Below the pieces are notes generated by a model that saw nothing but the letters and a program-made list of their open reading frames with translations, ran no database searches and was not told where the DNA came from. The position numbers and the translations under genes were made by a program. Below, one piece after another: positions 6,384-15,062 of a stretch of 27,114 nt of DNA. Position 1 is the first letter of the stretch. Each line of letters begins with the position of its first letter. The DNA comes from Oscillospiraceae bacterium (GTDB lineage: Bacteria > Bacillota > Clostridia > Oscillospirales > Ruminococcaceae): the NCBI GenBank assembly GCA_045545795.1, contig JAZQBN010000050.1, forward strand, positions 1 to 27,114, read 5' to 3'.

Positions 6384-8555
6384 ATGCAGGAATCAGACAC
6401 ATTGGCACGAGCAAAAGATTTGCTTAACAACCAATTCCACATAGATGGCGAACTGTTTGACTTTCAGGAACAGTGCATTAAAAGAATCATAGATGAAAAG
6501 AAAAATGTATTCTGTATCCGTGAAACAGGCTCGGGTAAGTCACTTTGCTATCAGATTCCTGCTCTTATGCTGGACAAAGACCATTGTACTGTTGTAATCT
6601 CGCCCCTTATTGCACTGATTGACGACCAGGTCAGGTCGCTCAGGGAAAACGGCATAGATGCTGAAGCGTTTCACTCACAAAGCCACAGCAAAGATGAGAG
6701 AAAACGCATTGAAGAAGAAATTCTGCGTGGCGATAGAAAACCCGGACTCATTTACACCACTCCCGAAACCTTGCGTGCAAAGGCGGATTCCTTTTTCAGC
6801 AAGCTTAAAATCTCCCTGCTTGTAATTGATGAGGCACACTGTGTTTCTGTATGGAGCAACGATTTCCGTCCGTCGTACAGGTGTATTCAGAATTTTATTG
6901 AAAAGAAGCTTCGCACCGCTACTCCTCCCATAATTGCGGCGTTTACTGCAACTGTTGATGAGAAAATTTTTAAAGATGTTGCAACTAAGCTTAATATGGG
7001 GATTGAAAAAAGCGACTGCATAGGACAGCGTCCCAAAAAGGAATTTAAAATTGACAACAAATCGGGAAAGTATAAAATATCTCTTTCTAACGGAAGTCTC
7101 CAAAGAAACAACAACGTATGCAAATTCATTATAAAACACAGGAATGAAAAGCTTCTTGTTTTCTTCAGCAGCAAAAAGTTGATGAATATAGTGAGCAAGA
7201 GACTGGAAAGTATGAGTAGTGGCCTTAAATTTGCAAAGTATTTCGGCGGCACCAACACCGACAAGGCTGCCAGGGCTAAAGAGAACGCTTTCAGGCTTTT
7301 TTCAGAGGGCGAGGTCAATATTCTGCTGGCAACCTCTGCTTTCGGAATGGGCGTTGACATTTGTGATATACGGCATATTATTCATGTCGGCTTTCCGCTT
7401 ACAATGCTTGATTATATTCAGCAATGCGGTCGGGGTGGGCGTGACGGAATGGGTTGTGAATACAAGCTGTACGCCTCACTCTCTGACATAAAGCGATGCG
7501 GCAGATTGATTTCCTCAAAGCAGCTTAAAATGTACCCCATGTCACGCTGTATAAAGATACAGCAAAAGGGTCGTGCAAAATTTGCAGAGGTAGTTGATTT
7601 CTGTCTTAATAATGCTTACGATGCAGACCATGAGCTTATTGAGCAGTTCCGTAATAAGCTTGAAATGTATATGAACAGTCCTGTTTTCGAGGAATATTGT
7701 CTCAACAAAAAGATTTATCAGCCGCTCATAAACACCTCTCCTGAGTTTGAGAAAGCAAGCTACTATGAAAATATCCTTGCAGACGGGATATACTCGCTGT
7801 GGTATAACGGTGCGAAAAGCTTTACTGCAAGAAAGCTGATTACCTGTGTTACAGGCAATGATAAAATCAGTCTGCACAATGAAAAGGCTGGCCATATAGA
7901 AGAGATTATAGACAAGTTGATCGTGAAGCATTACATTCCTGCAGAAAAACGACACACGGAAAACGGCAGGACAAAATATTGCTTTACTCCAAAGGCAAAT
8001 GAATGTATGCCTGACACATTTGCTTTACAGGAAACAGCCTTGCAGAATGGGCATATGTGTAACATTCCGAACGGCGTACTCAAAGCAATGAGTGATTTTT
8101 CCGACAATTCACGGCGTAAGAAAAGGCTTGACGAGGACGCTGATGTTACGGTTGTGAAATACTATCTGCTTAAAGAATTCAACAGGATTTTTGACTACTC
8201 GAAAAAGCACGGTGCTGAAATAACCGACCCTGATTATGAAAAGGAAAAGTATTTTTATTATTGTGAGCGTCCCGAATCGTCGAATAAGATATTGTACAAC
8301 CATTACGACATAAAGGCAGTTGGTGATAAATGCACGGGGATGTACAAGGCAACAGGCTTTTCTTTCAGCATCGGACAGATGCACAAAATCGTGTGTCTTA
8401 TACTGGATAATCTTATAAGGCACGATTATTTATGCGATTACAAGGTGCTGTATCACAGCGAAAAGGAAGTCAGACAATTACAGAAAAGAGGCTGTGATCT
8501 GGGTGCTGAAACTCCGAATGGTTACATAAGGGGTATTGAGCTTATGTGGAGATGA
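6384..8555 (+). CDS. RecQ-family SF2 DNA helicase core fused to an uncharacterised ~290-aa C-terminal region
   Basis: RecQ motifs in order: ETGSGKSLCYQIPAL, VISPLIALIDDQ, DEAHCVSVWSNDFRPSY, FTATVD, ATSAFGMGVDICDIRHIIH, QQCGRGGRDG. I chose the ATG at 6384 (GGGAG RBS). I see no RecQ zinc-finger, RQC or HRDC signature downstream. Confidence 0.88.
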   Translation: MQESDTLARAKDLLNNQFHIDGELFDFQEQCIKRIIDEKKNVFCIRETGSGKSLCYQIPALMLDKDHCTVVISPLIALIDDQVRSLRENGIDAEAFHSQSHSKDERKRIEEEILRGDRKPGLIYTTPETLRAKADSFFSKLKISLLVIDEAHCVSVWSNDFRPSYRCIQNFIEKKLRTATPPIIAAFTATVDEKIFKDVATKLNMGIEKSDCIGQRPKKEFKIDNKSGKYKISLSNGSLQRNNNVCKFIIKHRNEKLLVFFSSKKLMNIVSKRLESMSSGLKFAKYFGGTNTDKAARAKENAFRLFSEGEVNILLATSAFGMGVDICDIRHIIHVGFPLTMLDYIQQCGRGGRDGMGCEYKLYASLSDIKRCGRLISSKQLKMYPMSRCIKIQQKGRAKFAEVVDFCLNNAYDADHELIEQFRNKLEMYMNSPVFEEYCLNKKIYQPLINTSPEFEKASYYENILADGIYSLWYNGAKSFTARKLITCVTGNDKISLHNEKAGHIEEIIDKLIVKHYIPAEKRHTENGRTKYCFTPKANECMPDTFALQETALQNGHMCNIPNGVLKAMSDFSDNSRRKKRLDEDADVTVVKYYLLKEFNRIFDYSKKHGAEITDPDYEKEKYFYYCERPESSNKILYNHYDIKAVGDKCTGMYKATGFSFSIGQMHKIVCLILDNLIRHDYLCDYKVLYHSEKEVRQLQKRGCDLGAETPNGYIRGIELMWR

Positions 8556-8608
8556 AATTGAATATTGTATTTTTACACTTGAAAAAGTTAATCAGCAGTT
8601 ATGAATAA

Positions 8609-8658
8609 AGCCGCCTGAGCTGTCGTGATAATTCACGGCAATTCGGGCGGCTGTTTTT
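8609..8658. terminator. Compound GC-rich hairpin between convergent genes (bidirectional terminator)
   Basis: AGCCGCCTG...CGGGCGGCT with an inner CGTGA/TCACG stem. A GTTTTT run follows on the + strand. It sits immediately after the ATPase stop on the - strand. Confidence 0.7.
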
Positions 8659-10003
8659 ATATATTTTTATTACGTTCCCTTAAAAAACGTTTGAGCATAA
8701 ATGTAAGAAAATATGGGAATGTGTAAAATTTGCCATTGAAGCCGATATTTTTATTGCCAAGCTTTATTCCGTATTTTATATCAGAATATTTTTCGCTGTC
8801 AATAAGCTTGTTCAATGATATGGTTGCACCATCATTTGCTTTAACTTCAACGGGAACAAGAGAATCTGAATCACGCATAAAAAAGTCCATTTCAAGTGTA
8901 CCGCGTTCGTTTTTGTAGAAATACAGCTGACAGCCTTGCTTTACGAGCATATCACCGACAATATTTTCATATATTGCACCCTTGTAGGTGTTGAAGTTTT
9001 TGTTGAAACGCAGATCTTCCTGTGCTTCGTCATCAAGAGAGCCTATCAGCAAGCCGCTGTCACGAAAGTATACTTTGAAATCCGCAGGGTTATAATTCCC
9101 CTTCAATGGAAGTTCAGGCTGTTCCATACAATAACATACGTTAATTATGCCTGCACTGTCAAGCCAATCAAGTGTACCTGCATATTCACGGCTTCGTGCA
9201 CCCTTTTCAACCTTGGAAATCTGAAATTTCTTGTTTTCCTTTCCAAGAAAAGCAGGAATCTTTCTGTAAACATTAAGAACCTTTCCTTTATCAAGCCCTT
9301 CAGCATACTTGGTTATATCTTCCTCATAATCAAGGAGTATCTGACGCTGCATTTTGAGTATCCCGCTGAAATTCTTGTTTTCAATAAATGTTCTGACAAT
9401 TGCAGGCATTCCGCCCAACACCAGATACTCACGGAAATTATCAAACATAACATCAAGCAGTACGTTTGAAAGCGGAGCAGCTGAAAGCATGCTCTGATAC
9501 ATCTCTTCAATCTGTTCGGGTTTGTAGCCTTTGGCCCAGAGAAATTCCTCAAAATCCATTGAGTGCATTTCATAATCTTCCTTAAAGCCCACACTGTTTG
9601 ATTCAATTTCATGATAATTTATACCCATAAGCGAGCCTGAACATATTACATCATATCTTCCATCAAGCTTAAAAGCTTTCAGGCTTGTGGCACAGTTTGC
9701 ACACGCTTGAAGCTCATCAAAGAAAATCAATGTATCGTTTGGAATAAACTCAAGGTCAGGGTTGATCAACGAAATATTCCTGATGATTTTGTCAACGTCA
9801 AAACCATCATCAAAGATACTTCTGAATTGTTTTTGCAAAGCAAAATTTATGGGTACAACACTTTTATAATGACTTTTTGCAAAATTTTCAATGGAAACGG
9901 TTTTACCAATTTGTCTTGCACCCTTAACAATAAGCGGCAGACGTTCAGGATTGCTTTTCCACTCAGACAGATAAGCATCGATTTTACGTTTCAACAATGC
10001 CAT
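8657..10003 (-). CDS. AAA+ ATPase of the AAA_14/DUF4143 (COG1373-like) type
   Basis: Walker A-like GARQIGKT and Walker B-like LIFFDELQ, ~450 aa, C-terminal region of the DUF4143 kind. I chose the ATG at 10003, 7 nt after GGAGGG. Confidence 0.85.
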   Translation of the reverse strand: MALLKRKIDAYLSEWKSNPERLPLIVKGARQIGKTVSIENFAKSHYKSVVPINFALQKQFRSIFDDGFDVDKIIRNISLINPDLEFIPNDTLIFFDELQACANCATSLKAFKLDGRYDVICSGSLMGINYHEIESNSVGFKEDYEMHSMDFEEFLWAKGYKPEQIEEMYQSMLSAAPLSNVLLDVMFDNFREYLVLGGMPAIVRTFIENKNFSGILKMQRQILLDYEEDITKYAEGLDKGKVLNVYRKIPAFLGKENKKFQISKVEKGARSREYAGTLDWLDSAGIINVCYCMEQPELPLKGNYNPADFKVYFRDSGLLIGSLDDEAQEDLRFNKNFNTYKGAIYENIVGDMLVKQGCQLYFYKNERGTLEMDFFMRDSDSLVPVEVKANDGATISLNKLIDSEKYSDIKYGIKLGNKNIGFNGKFYTFPYFLTFMLKRFLRERNKNI

Positions 10004-10022
10004 ATTATCACCCTCCAATCAT

Positions 10023-10051
10023 AGTATATCACAGAATTCCTGTAATATCAA
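10023..10051 (-). promoter_or_regulatory. Promoter of the AAA+ ATPase gene (TTGATA-N17-TATACT, extended TG)
   Basis: Read on the - strand: TTGATA (10051-10046), 17-nt spacer, TGATATACT. The spacer and -10 overlap the proximal ATCACAGAATT repeat. Confidence 0.5.
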
Positions 10052-10136
10052 TAGCAAAAATCACAGAATTACATCGAAATACAAAATATAAATCACAGAA
10101 TTACAACTGCTTTTGCCTTTATAATCACAAAATTAC
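10028..10136. repeat. Four direct copies of ATCACArAATTaca phased at 32/32/31 bp (candidate operator array)
   Basis: Copies start at 10028, 10060, 10092 and 10123. Three of them carry the full 14-mer ATCACAGAATTACA or ATCACAAAATTACA. Confidence 0.8.
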
Positions 10137-10234
10137 AGTAAATAATTGGTAAACTATAATTTATCTGTGCTGAACGGCGGTATTTACGCAGAACTGTTTG
10201 CGGCACAGGTGCAATATTACAAGGAATAAATATG

Positions 10235-10274
10235 ATAACAGCCGCATTCGGAAAACTCCGTTTGCGGCTGTTAT
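10235..10274. other. Long hairpin (12-bp perfect stem plus inner 4-bp stem), function unknown
   Basis: ATAACAGCCGCA...TGCGGCTGTTAT. There is no clean T-run on either strand. It lies in a 720-bp ORF-free AT-rich spacer. Confidence 0.4.
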
Positions 10275-10864
10275 ATCTATTGCTTTATTAATTTTGTATT
10301 ATGCACTTTTCACGTCCAAAAATGTGCAACCTCAAAAATATAAATGACGTAGAATAGGGATTTGTTGCTATTAAATATGGTGTATTAAATAGTTACAGTA
10401 AATTAACTGTGTACATCAAGTAATTATCAGTTATTGATACTTATGCTTATGTTGACTGCGGTATAGGTTATATTCTTCGGGAATGACTTGCAATTGCGTA
10501 ATTAGTCATAGTTTATGTTATTCCGACAGCTTTTTGTAAACAATACTTCTGATTGAATTGATATTCTCTTGATGAATTTCTTGCAGACGGTATACATCAT
10601 GTTCTAAACAGGTTTAAGCTGGCGCTTAAACGGGGGTGTTTATAGGGGAATAAAAGAACAGAATTATTCTCTTATTCTCTTTTATAATTTTATGAAAGGA
10701 AGGTCAATGCATATGCTAATCTGTTTTGCTGTTATCAGAATTAATTCCTAGTCAGCTCTGATGACAGCTTAATATGACACAAAAATCTGACAACAAATAA
10801 GTTCTTGATTATTTATCAGGACTTATAGCAAACAAATATTTCAAACAAAAGGAGTAGGACAACT

Positions 10865-11071
10865 ATGAATGCTAATACAACAAATGCTGAACTTATAATT
10901 TATACTATTGAGGATGTAATGCGTATTTTACGCATTAGCAGAAATCAAACGTATAAATTATTCAATTCCGATGGCTTTCCATCATTCAGGATCGGTAGTT
11001 CGCATCGAATTACAAAGTCTGCTTTTGAAAAGTGGGTTTATTCCACTGAAGGCAGAAAATTCTTAATCTAA
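10865..11071 (+). CDS. Excisionase/HTH_17 (MerR-superfamily) DNA-binding protein
   Basis: YTIEDVMRILRISRNQTYKLF...FPSFRIGSSHRI pattern, 68 aa, immediately upstream of an integrase. AAAGGAG RBS. Confidence 0.75.
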   Translation: MNANTTNAELIIYTIEDVMRILRISRNQTYKLFNSDGFPSFRIGSSHRITKSAFEKWVYSTEGRKFLI

Positions 11072-11081
11072 TAATACCATA

Positions 11082-11125
11082 CCGCCGATTGAACGTCCTC
11101 GTGATGCTTCAATCGGCGGCTTTTT
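11082..11125 (+). terminator. Rho-independent terminator between the xis-like gene and the integrase gene
   Basis: Perfect 12-bp stem CCGCCGATTGAA / TTCAATCGGCGG followed by CTTTTT. Confidence 0.75.
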
Positions 11126-11143
11126 ATGAGAAAGGAGTTTTTC

Positions 11144-12280
11144 ATGGCACAGAAATTGCCTGAAATCAAAAAAAGAAAAGACGGCTATTATGAGATGAAA
11201 GTAACCGTCGCACCTTATGTCAGAAAATCAATATATGGTGATACGCCTGCCGAAGTACGTCGTAAGGCGAAAGAACTTCTCATAGAGGCTACCCGATTTG
11301 ACATTTCGAATGTTAAGAAAATGACTGTTGCCACCTACATGACTTACTGGCTTATGGAAGTCAAAAAGCCTGAGGTCAAGCCTGGGTCATTTGACCGGAT
11401 TGAACAGTCGCTCAACTATCAGATTTTCCCTGCAATCGGACATATACAGATTAACTCACTTACTGCGGGTGATGTACAGCATATGATCAACTCGATTGCT
11501 GCCGAAAAATCCTACTCCACAGCAAAGAAAGCGTATGATAATCTTAATGCTTGTATGAAGCTGGGTGTTCAGCGTGGTGAAATACTTAAAAATCCTGTCG
11601 AAGGTGTAAGGCTGCCGTCCTCGAAGAAAAAGGCAAAGAAAGATATTGCCGCCTACACACCTGAAGAGGTTGCGGCGATCGTTGAAGAAGCTAAACGTAC
11701 ATACAGCAACGGCACTCCCGTGTACAGATACGGTTACCTTATAATTCTTATCCTTAATACAGGGATGAGAGAGGGCGAGCCGCTTTATCTCAAATGGAAG
11801 GACGTAGACTTTGAAAAACGGCGTATTTATGTTTGCGGTGATGTGGCTGAGGTTAAAAATCGTGAGCCTAATGCTAAAAGCAAGTACATCTGCATTGAGC
11901 AGGACACGCCGAAAACCAACAGGTCTGTACGGTACATTCCGCTGAACAACAATGCTATTGACGCACTTGAACAGCTTCGTAAAATTATCAAGGATGATAA
12001 AAGAGTGATTGCGTCGAAAAATCACACAATTCCTTCCCCACGCAAGATTTACAGGACAATGGAAAGTATTCTCAGGAACTGCGGCATAACAGGCAAGACA
12101 AATCTCGTTCACGCACTTCGTCATACATTCGCTACAACGCTCATTCACAGCGGCGTTGACATCAAGGCTGTTTCGGAAATTCTTGGTCACGAAGATGTTT
12201 CGACGACTTTGAAAATTTATCATCACGTTATCGAGGAACATAAGCATTCCGCTGTTATGAAGCTTGATAATTTGTATTGA
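11144..12280 (+). CDS. Tyrosine site-specific recombinase/integrase (module 1)
   Basis: C-terminal catalytic region HALRHTFATTLIHSGVDIKAVSEILGHEDVSTTLKIYHH. N-terminal SAM-like core-binding region. I chose the ATG at 11144, 6 nt after GGAG. Confidence 0.92.
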   Translation: MAQKLPEIKKRKDGYYEMKVTVAPYVRKSIYGDTPAEVRRKAKELLIEATRFDISNVKKMTVATYMTYWLMEVKKPEVKPGSFDRIEQSLNYQIFPAIGHIQINSLTAGDVQHMINSIAAEKSYSTAKKAYDNLNACMKLGVQRGEILKNPVEGVRLPSSKKKAKKDIAAYTPEEVAAIVEEAKRTYSNGTPVYRYGYLIILILNTGMREGEPLYLKWKDVDFEKRRIYVCGDVAEVKNREPNAKSKYICIEQDTPKTNRSVRYIPLNNNAIDALEQLRKIIKDDKRVIASKNHTIPSPRKIYRTMESILRNCGITGKTNLVHALRHTFATTLIHSGVDIKAVSEILGHEDVSTTLKIYHHVIEEHKHSAVMKLDNLY

Positions 12281-12288
12281 ATGCAGAA

Positions 12289-12331
12289 ATCCCAGCAAAC
12301 GGCTTTTATGCTGTTTGGTGGGATATTTTTT
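12289..12331 (+). terminator. Rho-independent terminator after integrase 1
   Basis: ATCCCAGCAAACGGC / GCTGTTTGGTGGGAT stem (one mismatch, one G-U), then ATTTTTTC. Confidence 0.65.
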
Positions 12332-12418
12332 CTATTGTCCCATGGCCTTTAGGAATGTAAGAGCCGATTTATTTGAATGTCAGTTTTTCATGCCTAATTA
12401 TATTTATACCAAACCAAC

Positions 12419-12447
12419 TTGCTATAATCCCAATAACGTGGTATAAT
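12419..12447 (+). promoter_or_regulatory. Strong sigma-A-type promoter (TTGCTA-N17-TATAAT with extended TG)
   Basis: TTGCTA at 12419-12424, TGGTATAAT at 12439-12447. It is positioned to drive the membrane-protein/MutS-like pair independently of the integrase. Confidence 0.6.
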
Positions 12448-12505
12448 AAAACAAAATTCAGTATGTAAAACGTAAAAACATAATCCGAAAAGGACGTGAG
12501 TACAT

Positions 12506-12832
12506 ATGCTTATCGGAAGAAAAAATTTTGATCTGTATTTTCCATCGGATAGATTTATAAATATACCACGAAAGGAAGTATTCTTTACTTTCTGTGTACA
12601 CGGGGCAGTTATTTTTCTGGGGCAACTGCTTTTTTTTAACGTCCTGACAATAATCTCTATCTGGACATTTGCACTTGAAGCCTTTTACGGTCTTCCACTT
12701 ACCAAGAAAATATGGTGCAGACTCGGTTATTCAAATATAACCTTTTGGATTTTGCTGGTGATATATTTAGTGATAGGTGCAATAGCGGCGGATATTTTAC
12801 GCGACTATATTGCTATGAACATTCCCATATAG
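12506..12832 (+). CDS. Small integral membrane protein (108 aa, about 3 predicted TM segments)
   Basis: Hydrophobic stretches FTFCVHGAVIFLGQLLFFNVLTIISIWTFAL and ITFWILLVIYLVIGAIAADIL. Its stop overlaps the GGAGG RBS of the next gene. Its own RBS is weak. Confidence 0.45.
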   Translation: MLIGRKNFDLYFPSDRFINIPRKEVFFTFCVHGAVIFLGQLLFFNVLTIISIWTFALEAFYGLPLTKKIWCRLGYSNITFWILLVIYLVIGAIAADILRDYIAMNIPI

Positions 12833-12843
12833 GAGGTCTGAAG

Positions 12844-14373
12844 ATGAACAGTGATTTTATTTCCGAGCTGAGTCTCAACGCTCTTATCAGGATAAAAGAA
12901 AACTCATGGAACGGTAAGAATTATGTTGAACTTGAAAAGCTTTTAACCGATGATATCAATGTTATAAATTACCGCCTTGACGCTCTGACCGATCTTATTG
13001 AAAATGATGTTCTCTTTGAAGCTGTAAAAGATATTCTTCCCGAGCTTATGACGCTTATGGAAACCAAGGGAATACACAGCGGCGAAGCTGATGAAATAGA
13101 CAGCCTTTATGCTGTAAGAGATCTTCAGATTTATGTTAATCTGATAGACTATCTGAATGAAAAAATCAACAGCGCAAATATTAAATCAAAACTGTTTACT
13201 GACCTGAAAAACGGTATAAATGAAATAACAATGGATGAAAGTTTTGCAAGGCTTAAGGAGGCTATTCCTGAAAATACACGTCTTGTTTCAGATGTGCAAA
13301 GCGTTACCCTCGGAATAAATCTTGACAGCGGATTACACCCTACTGAAGCAGGCATTGTAAGCATAAACAATCAAAAATTTGTTTCGGGAAGCATAATAGA
13401 TAAAGTGCTGCGTCTTGATTCGGGCGTTAATCCATATCAATGCTCTTCTCCACTTTCATCACCACGGAATCTGCTTATGAACAGCGAAGAACGAAAAATT
13501 TTTGAATCTGTACTTAATACTGCACTGTATAAGCTTGTAAAAGCATCTATACGTTCATGGAAACCTGCTGTCAGAGCATATACAAATTCAAAGACAAATT
13601 TCATATTGGGCTTTTACAGCGACCTGCGCTTTTTGGCGGCAGGTGCAGAATTTTTCCGCAAGCTTAAGGCTATGCGTTATCCGATATGCCGTCCTAAGGT
13701 ATGTGATAAAGCCGAGAAACAATGTATCTTAAAGGGTATGTATTTTCCTCAGCTGGTGCTTGACGGTGTTCATATGACAGAAAATGATTTTATATGTGAC
13801 AACAAAGGTATGCTCTATATAATGAGCGGTGCAAACAGTGGCGGCAAAACAATTTACGGTAAAGCTATTGCAGTATGTCAGGCTCTTTTTCAACTTGGAC
13901 TGTATGTTCCTGCTGAATATGCTGAATTAAGTCCTGTAAGTGAAATTCTTCTTCATTTTTCTGCCTCCGGAAAAAGTATAACACAAAGCCGATTTACAGA
14001 AGAATGTGAAAAAATGAGCAAGCTTATGAGTCTTGCAGATGAATATTCTTTAATAATATGTGATGAACCATTTTCAGGTACAAGCTCATATGAAGCCTCG
14101 GCTATTTCAGAGGAGGTTCTTAAAGCAATGAGTGCCAAGGGATGCAGAGGGGTATATATAACTCATATCCATGAGCTTGCCGAGCTTCCCGAAAAAATCA
14201 ATAATTCAGATATTTGTAAATCTCCTTTGGATAATCTGACAGTAGAAATAAATAAAAATAATGGAAAACGCCTTTATACTGTACTGAGAAAAAAGACAAC
14301 AGGTTCAAGCTATGCCAAGGATATTGCAGAAAAATACGGATTAAGTTTTGAAAAATTGATGACTCACACATAA
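12844..14373 (+). CDS. MutS-related ABC ATPase (core/clamp-like region plus MutS domain V), with no mismatch-binding or Smr domain
   Basis: Walker A SGANSGGKT and Walker B LIICDEPFSGTS, then YITHIHEL, a MutS-type signature. I chose the ATG at 12844, 7 nt after GGAGG, over the 12712 extension. Confidence 0.85.
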   Translation: MNSDFISELSLNALIRIKENSWNGKNYVELEKLLTDDINVINYRLDALTDLIENDVLFEAVKDILPELMTLMETKGIHSGEADEIDSLYAVRDLQIYVNLIDYLNEKINSANIKSKLFTDLKNGINEITMDESFARLKEAIPENTRLVSDVQSVTLGINLDSGLHPTEAGIVSINNQKFVSGSIIDKVLRLDSGVNPYQCSSPLSSPRNLLMNSEERKIFESVLNTALYKLVKASIRSWKPAVRAYTNSKTNFILGFYSDLRFLAAGAEFFRKLKAMRYPICRPKVCDKAEKQCILKGMYFPQLVLDGVHMTENDFICDNKGMLYIMSGANSGGKTIYGKAIAVCQALFQLGLYVPAEYAELSPVSEILLHFSASGKSITQSRFTEECEKMSKLMSLADEYSLIICDEPFSGTSSYEASAISEEVLKAMSAKGCRGVYITHIHELAELPEKINNSDICKSPLDNLTVEINKNNGKRLYTVLRKKTTGSSYAKDIAEKYGLSFEKLMTHT

Positions 14374-14540
14374 ATTTCAAATATATATATTTAAAATCAG
14401 CCTGAATCTATGAAATTACTCACACGCAATAATTCCCACAACCAGCTTTGTTATGCCTATATTTGAGCACGCTTATAAAACTTTAATATTGTCGGATTAC
14501 CATATATAATATCGCATTTCGACGATATCGATAACAAAAC

Positions 14541-14578
14541 GTCGAAAGTTTCTACGAAATTTTATCGAAACTTTCGAC
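14541..14578. repeat. Perfect 12-bp inverted repeat GTCGAAAGTTTC-N14-GAAACTTTCGAC
   Basis: Read directly from the sequence. It sits in a cluster of TTCGAC/GTCGAA motifs and a CGATATCG palindrome (14516-14595). Confidence 0.8.
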
Positions 14579-14800
14579 AACGACTTGTCGAGGTGCTGCA
14601 ATTTATTGAAAAAGAGGTTTATCGCAGCAGGGTAAAGCTTGGACTTGATAATGTGGAATAAAATATTCTGCTATGGTGCAGTTGATTGCATCTATGACTA
14701 AAAAGTTCAGAAGGTTCAGACTTCCTTCTGCACTTTAATATTTTGTATATGACAATACTAACTCTGGAAAACACGTAAAATCGCACTTTTCAGCTGATTT

Positions 14801-14990
14801 TTATACGACGAAAATACGACACTTATACGACACTTCCCTGCGATTGTATACTGAATCAAGAAAAAACAAGTTAATATTAAAATATATAATAATAAATAAC
14901 ATTATACGACACTTAGTTCCCTGAAATGACGTAGCTACGTCGTTTGAAGAAATGTTTTATACGACATTTATACGACGAAAATACGACGAA
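14801..14990 (+). repeat. Seven same-orientation ATACGAC motifs: two triplets with exact 11-bp phasing plus one central copy, and a 14-bp palindrome
   Basis: Motif starts at 14803/14814/14825, at 14904, and at 14959/14970/14981. TATACGACACTT..CCCTG occurs twice. Palindrome GACGTAGCTACGTC at 14928-14941. Confidence 0.85.
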
Positions 14991-15062
14991 TAATATTTAT
15001 TTTAATAAAATTTATTGAATAAATAGGGTACTAAATAGTAAAACACACATAATATCATTATT

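Noticed and set aside
10028-10136. Possible CRISPR-like array, because the repeats are regularly spaced.
   Set aside because: The repeat is only 14 bp with ~18-bp AT-rich gaps and just four copies. There are no cas genes, and the array overlaps a promoter. An operator or iteron array explains it better.
10343-10353. An 11-mer AAATGACGTAG shared with 14924-14934, and AATATGACACA shared between 146-156 and 10779-10789, as possible att-site duplications.
   Set aside because: Exact 11-mers are expected many times by chance in a 27-kb AT-rich window, and there is no extended flanking similarity.
12712-12843. N-terminal extension of the MutS-like ORF (track start 12712), which overlaps the membrane-protein ORF in another frame.
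   Set aside because: The extension has no RBS and an odd composition. ATG 12844 sits 7 nt after a GGAGG and directly after the stop of the upstream ORF.
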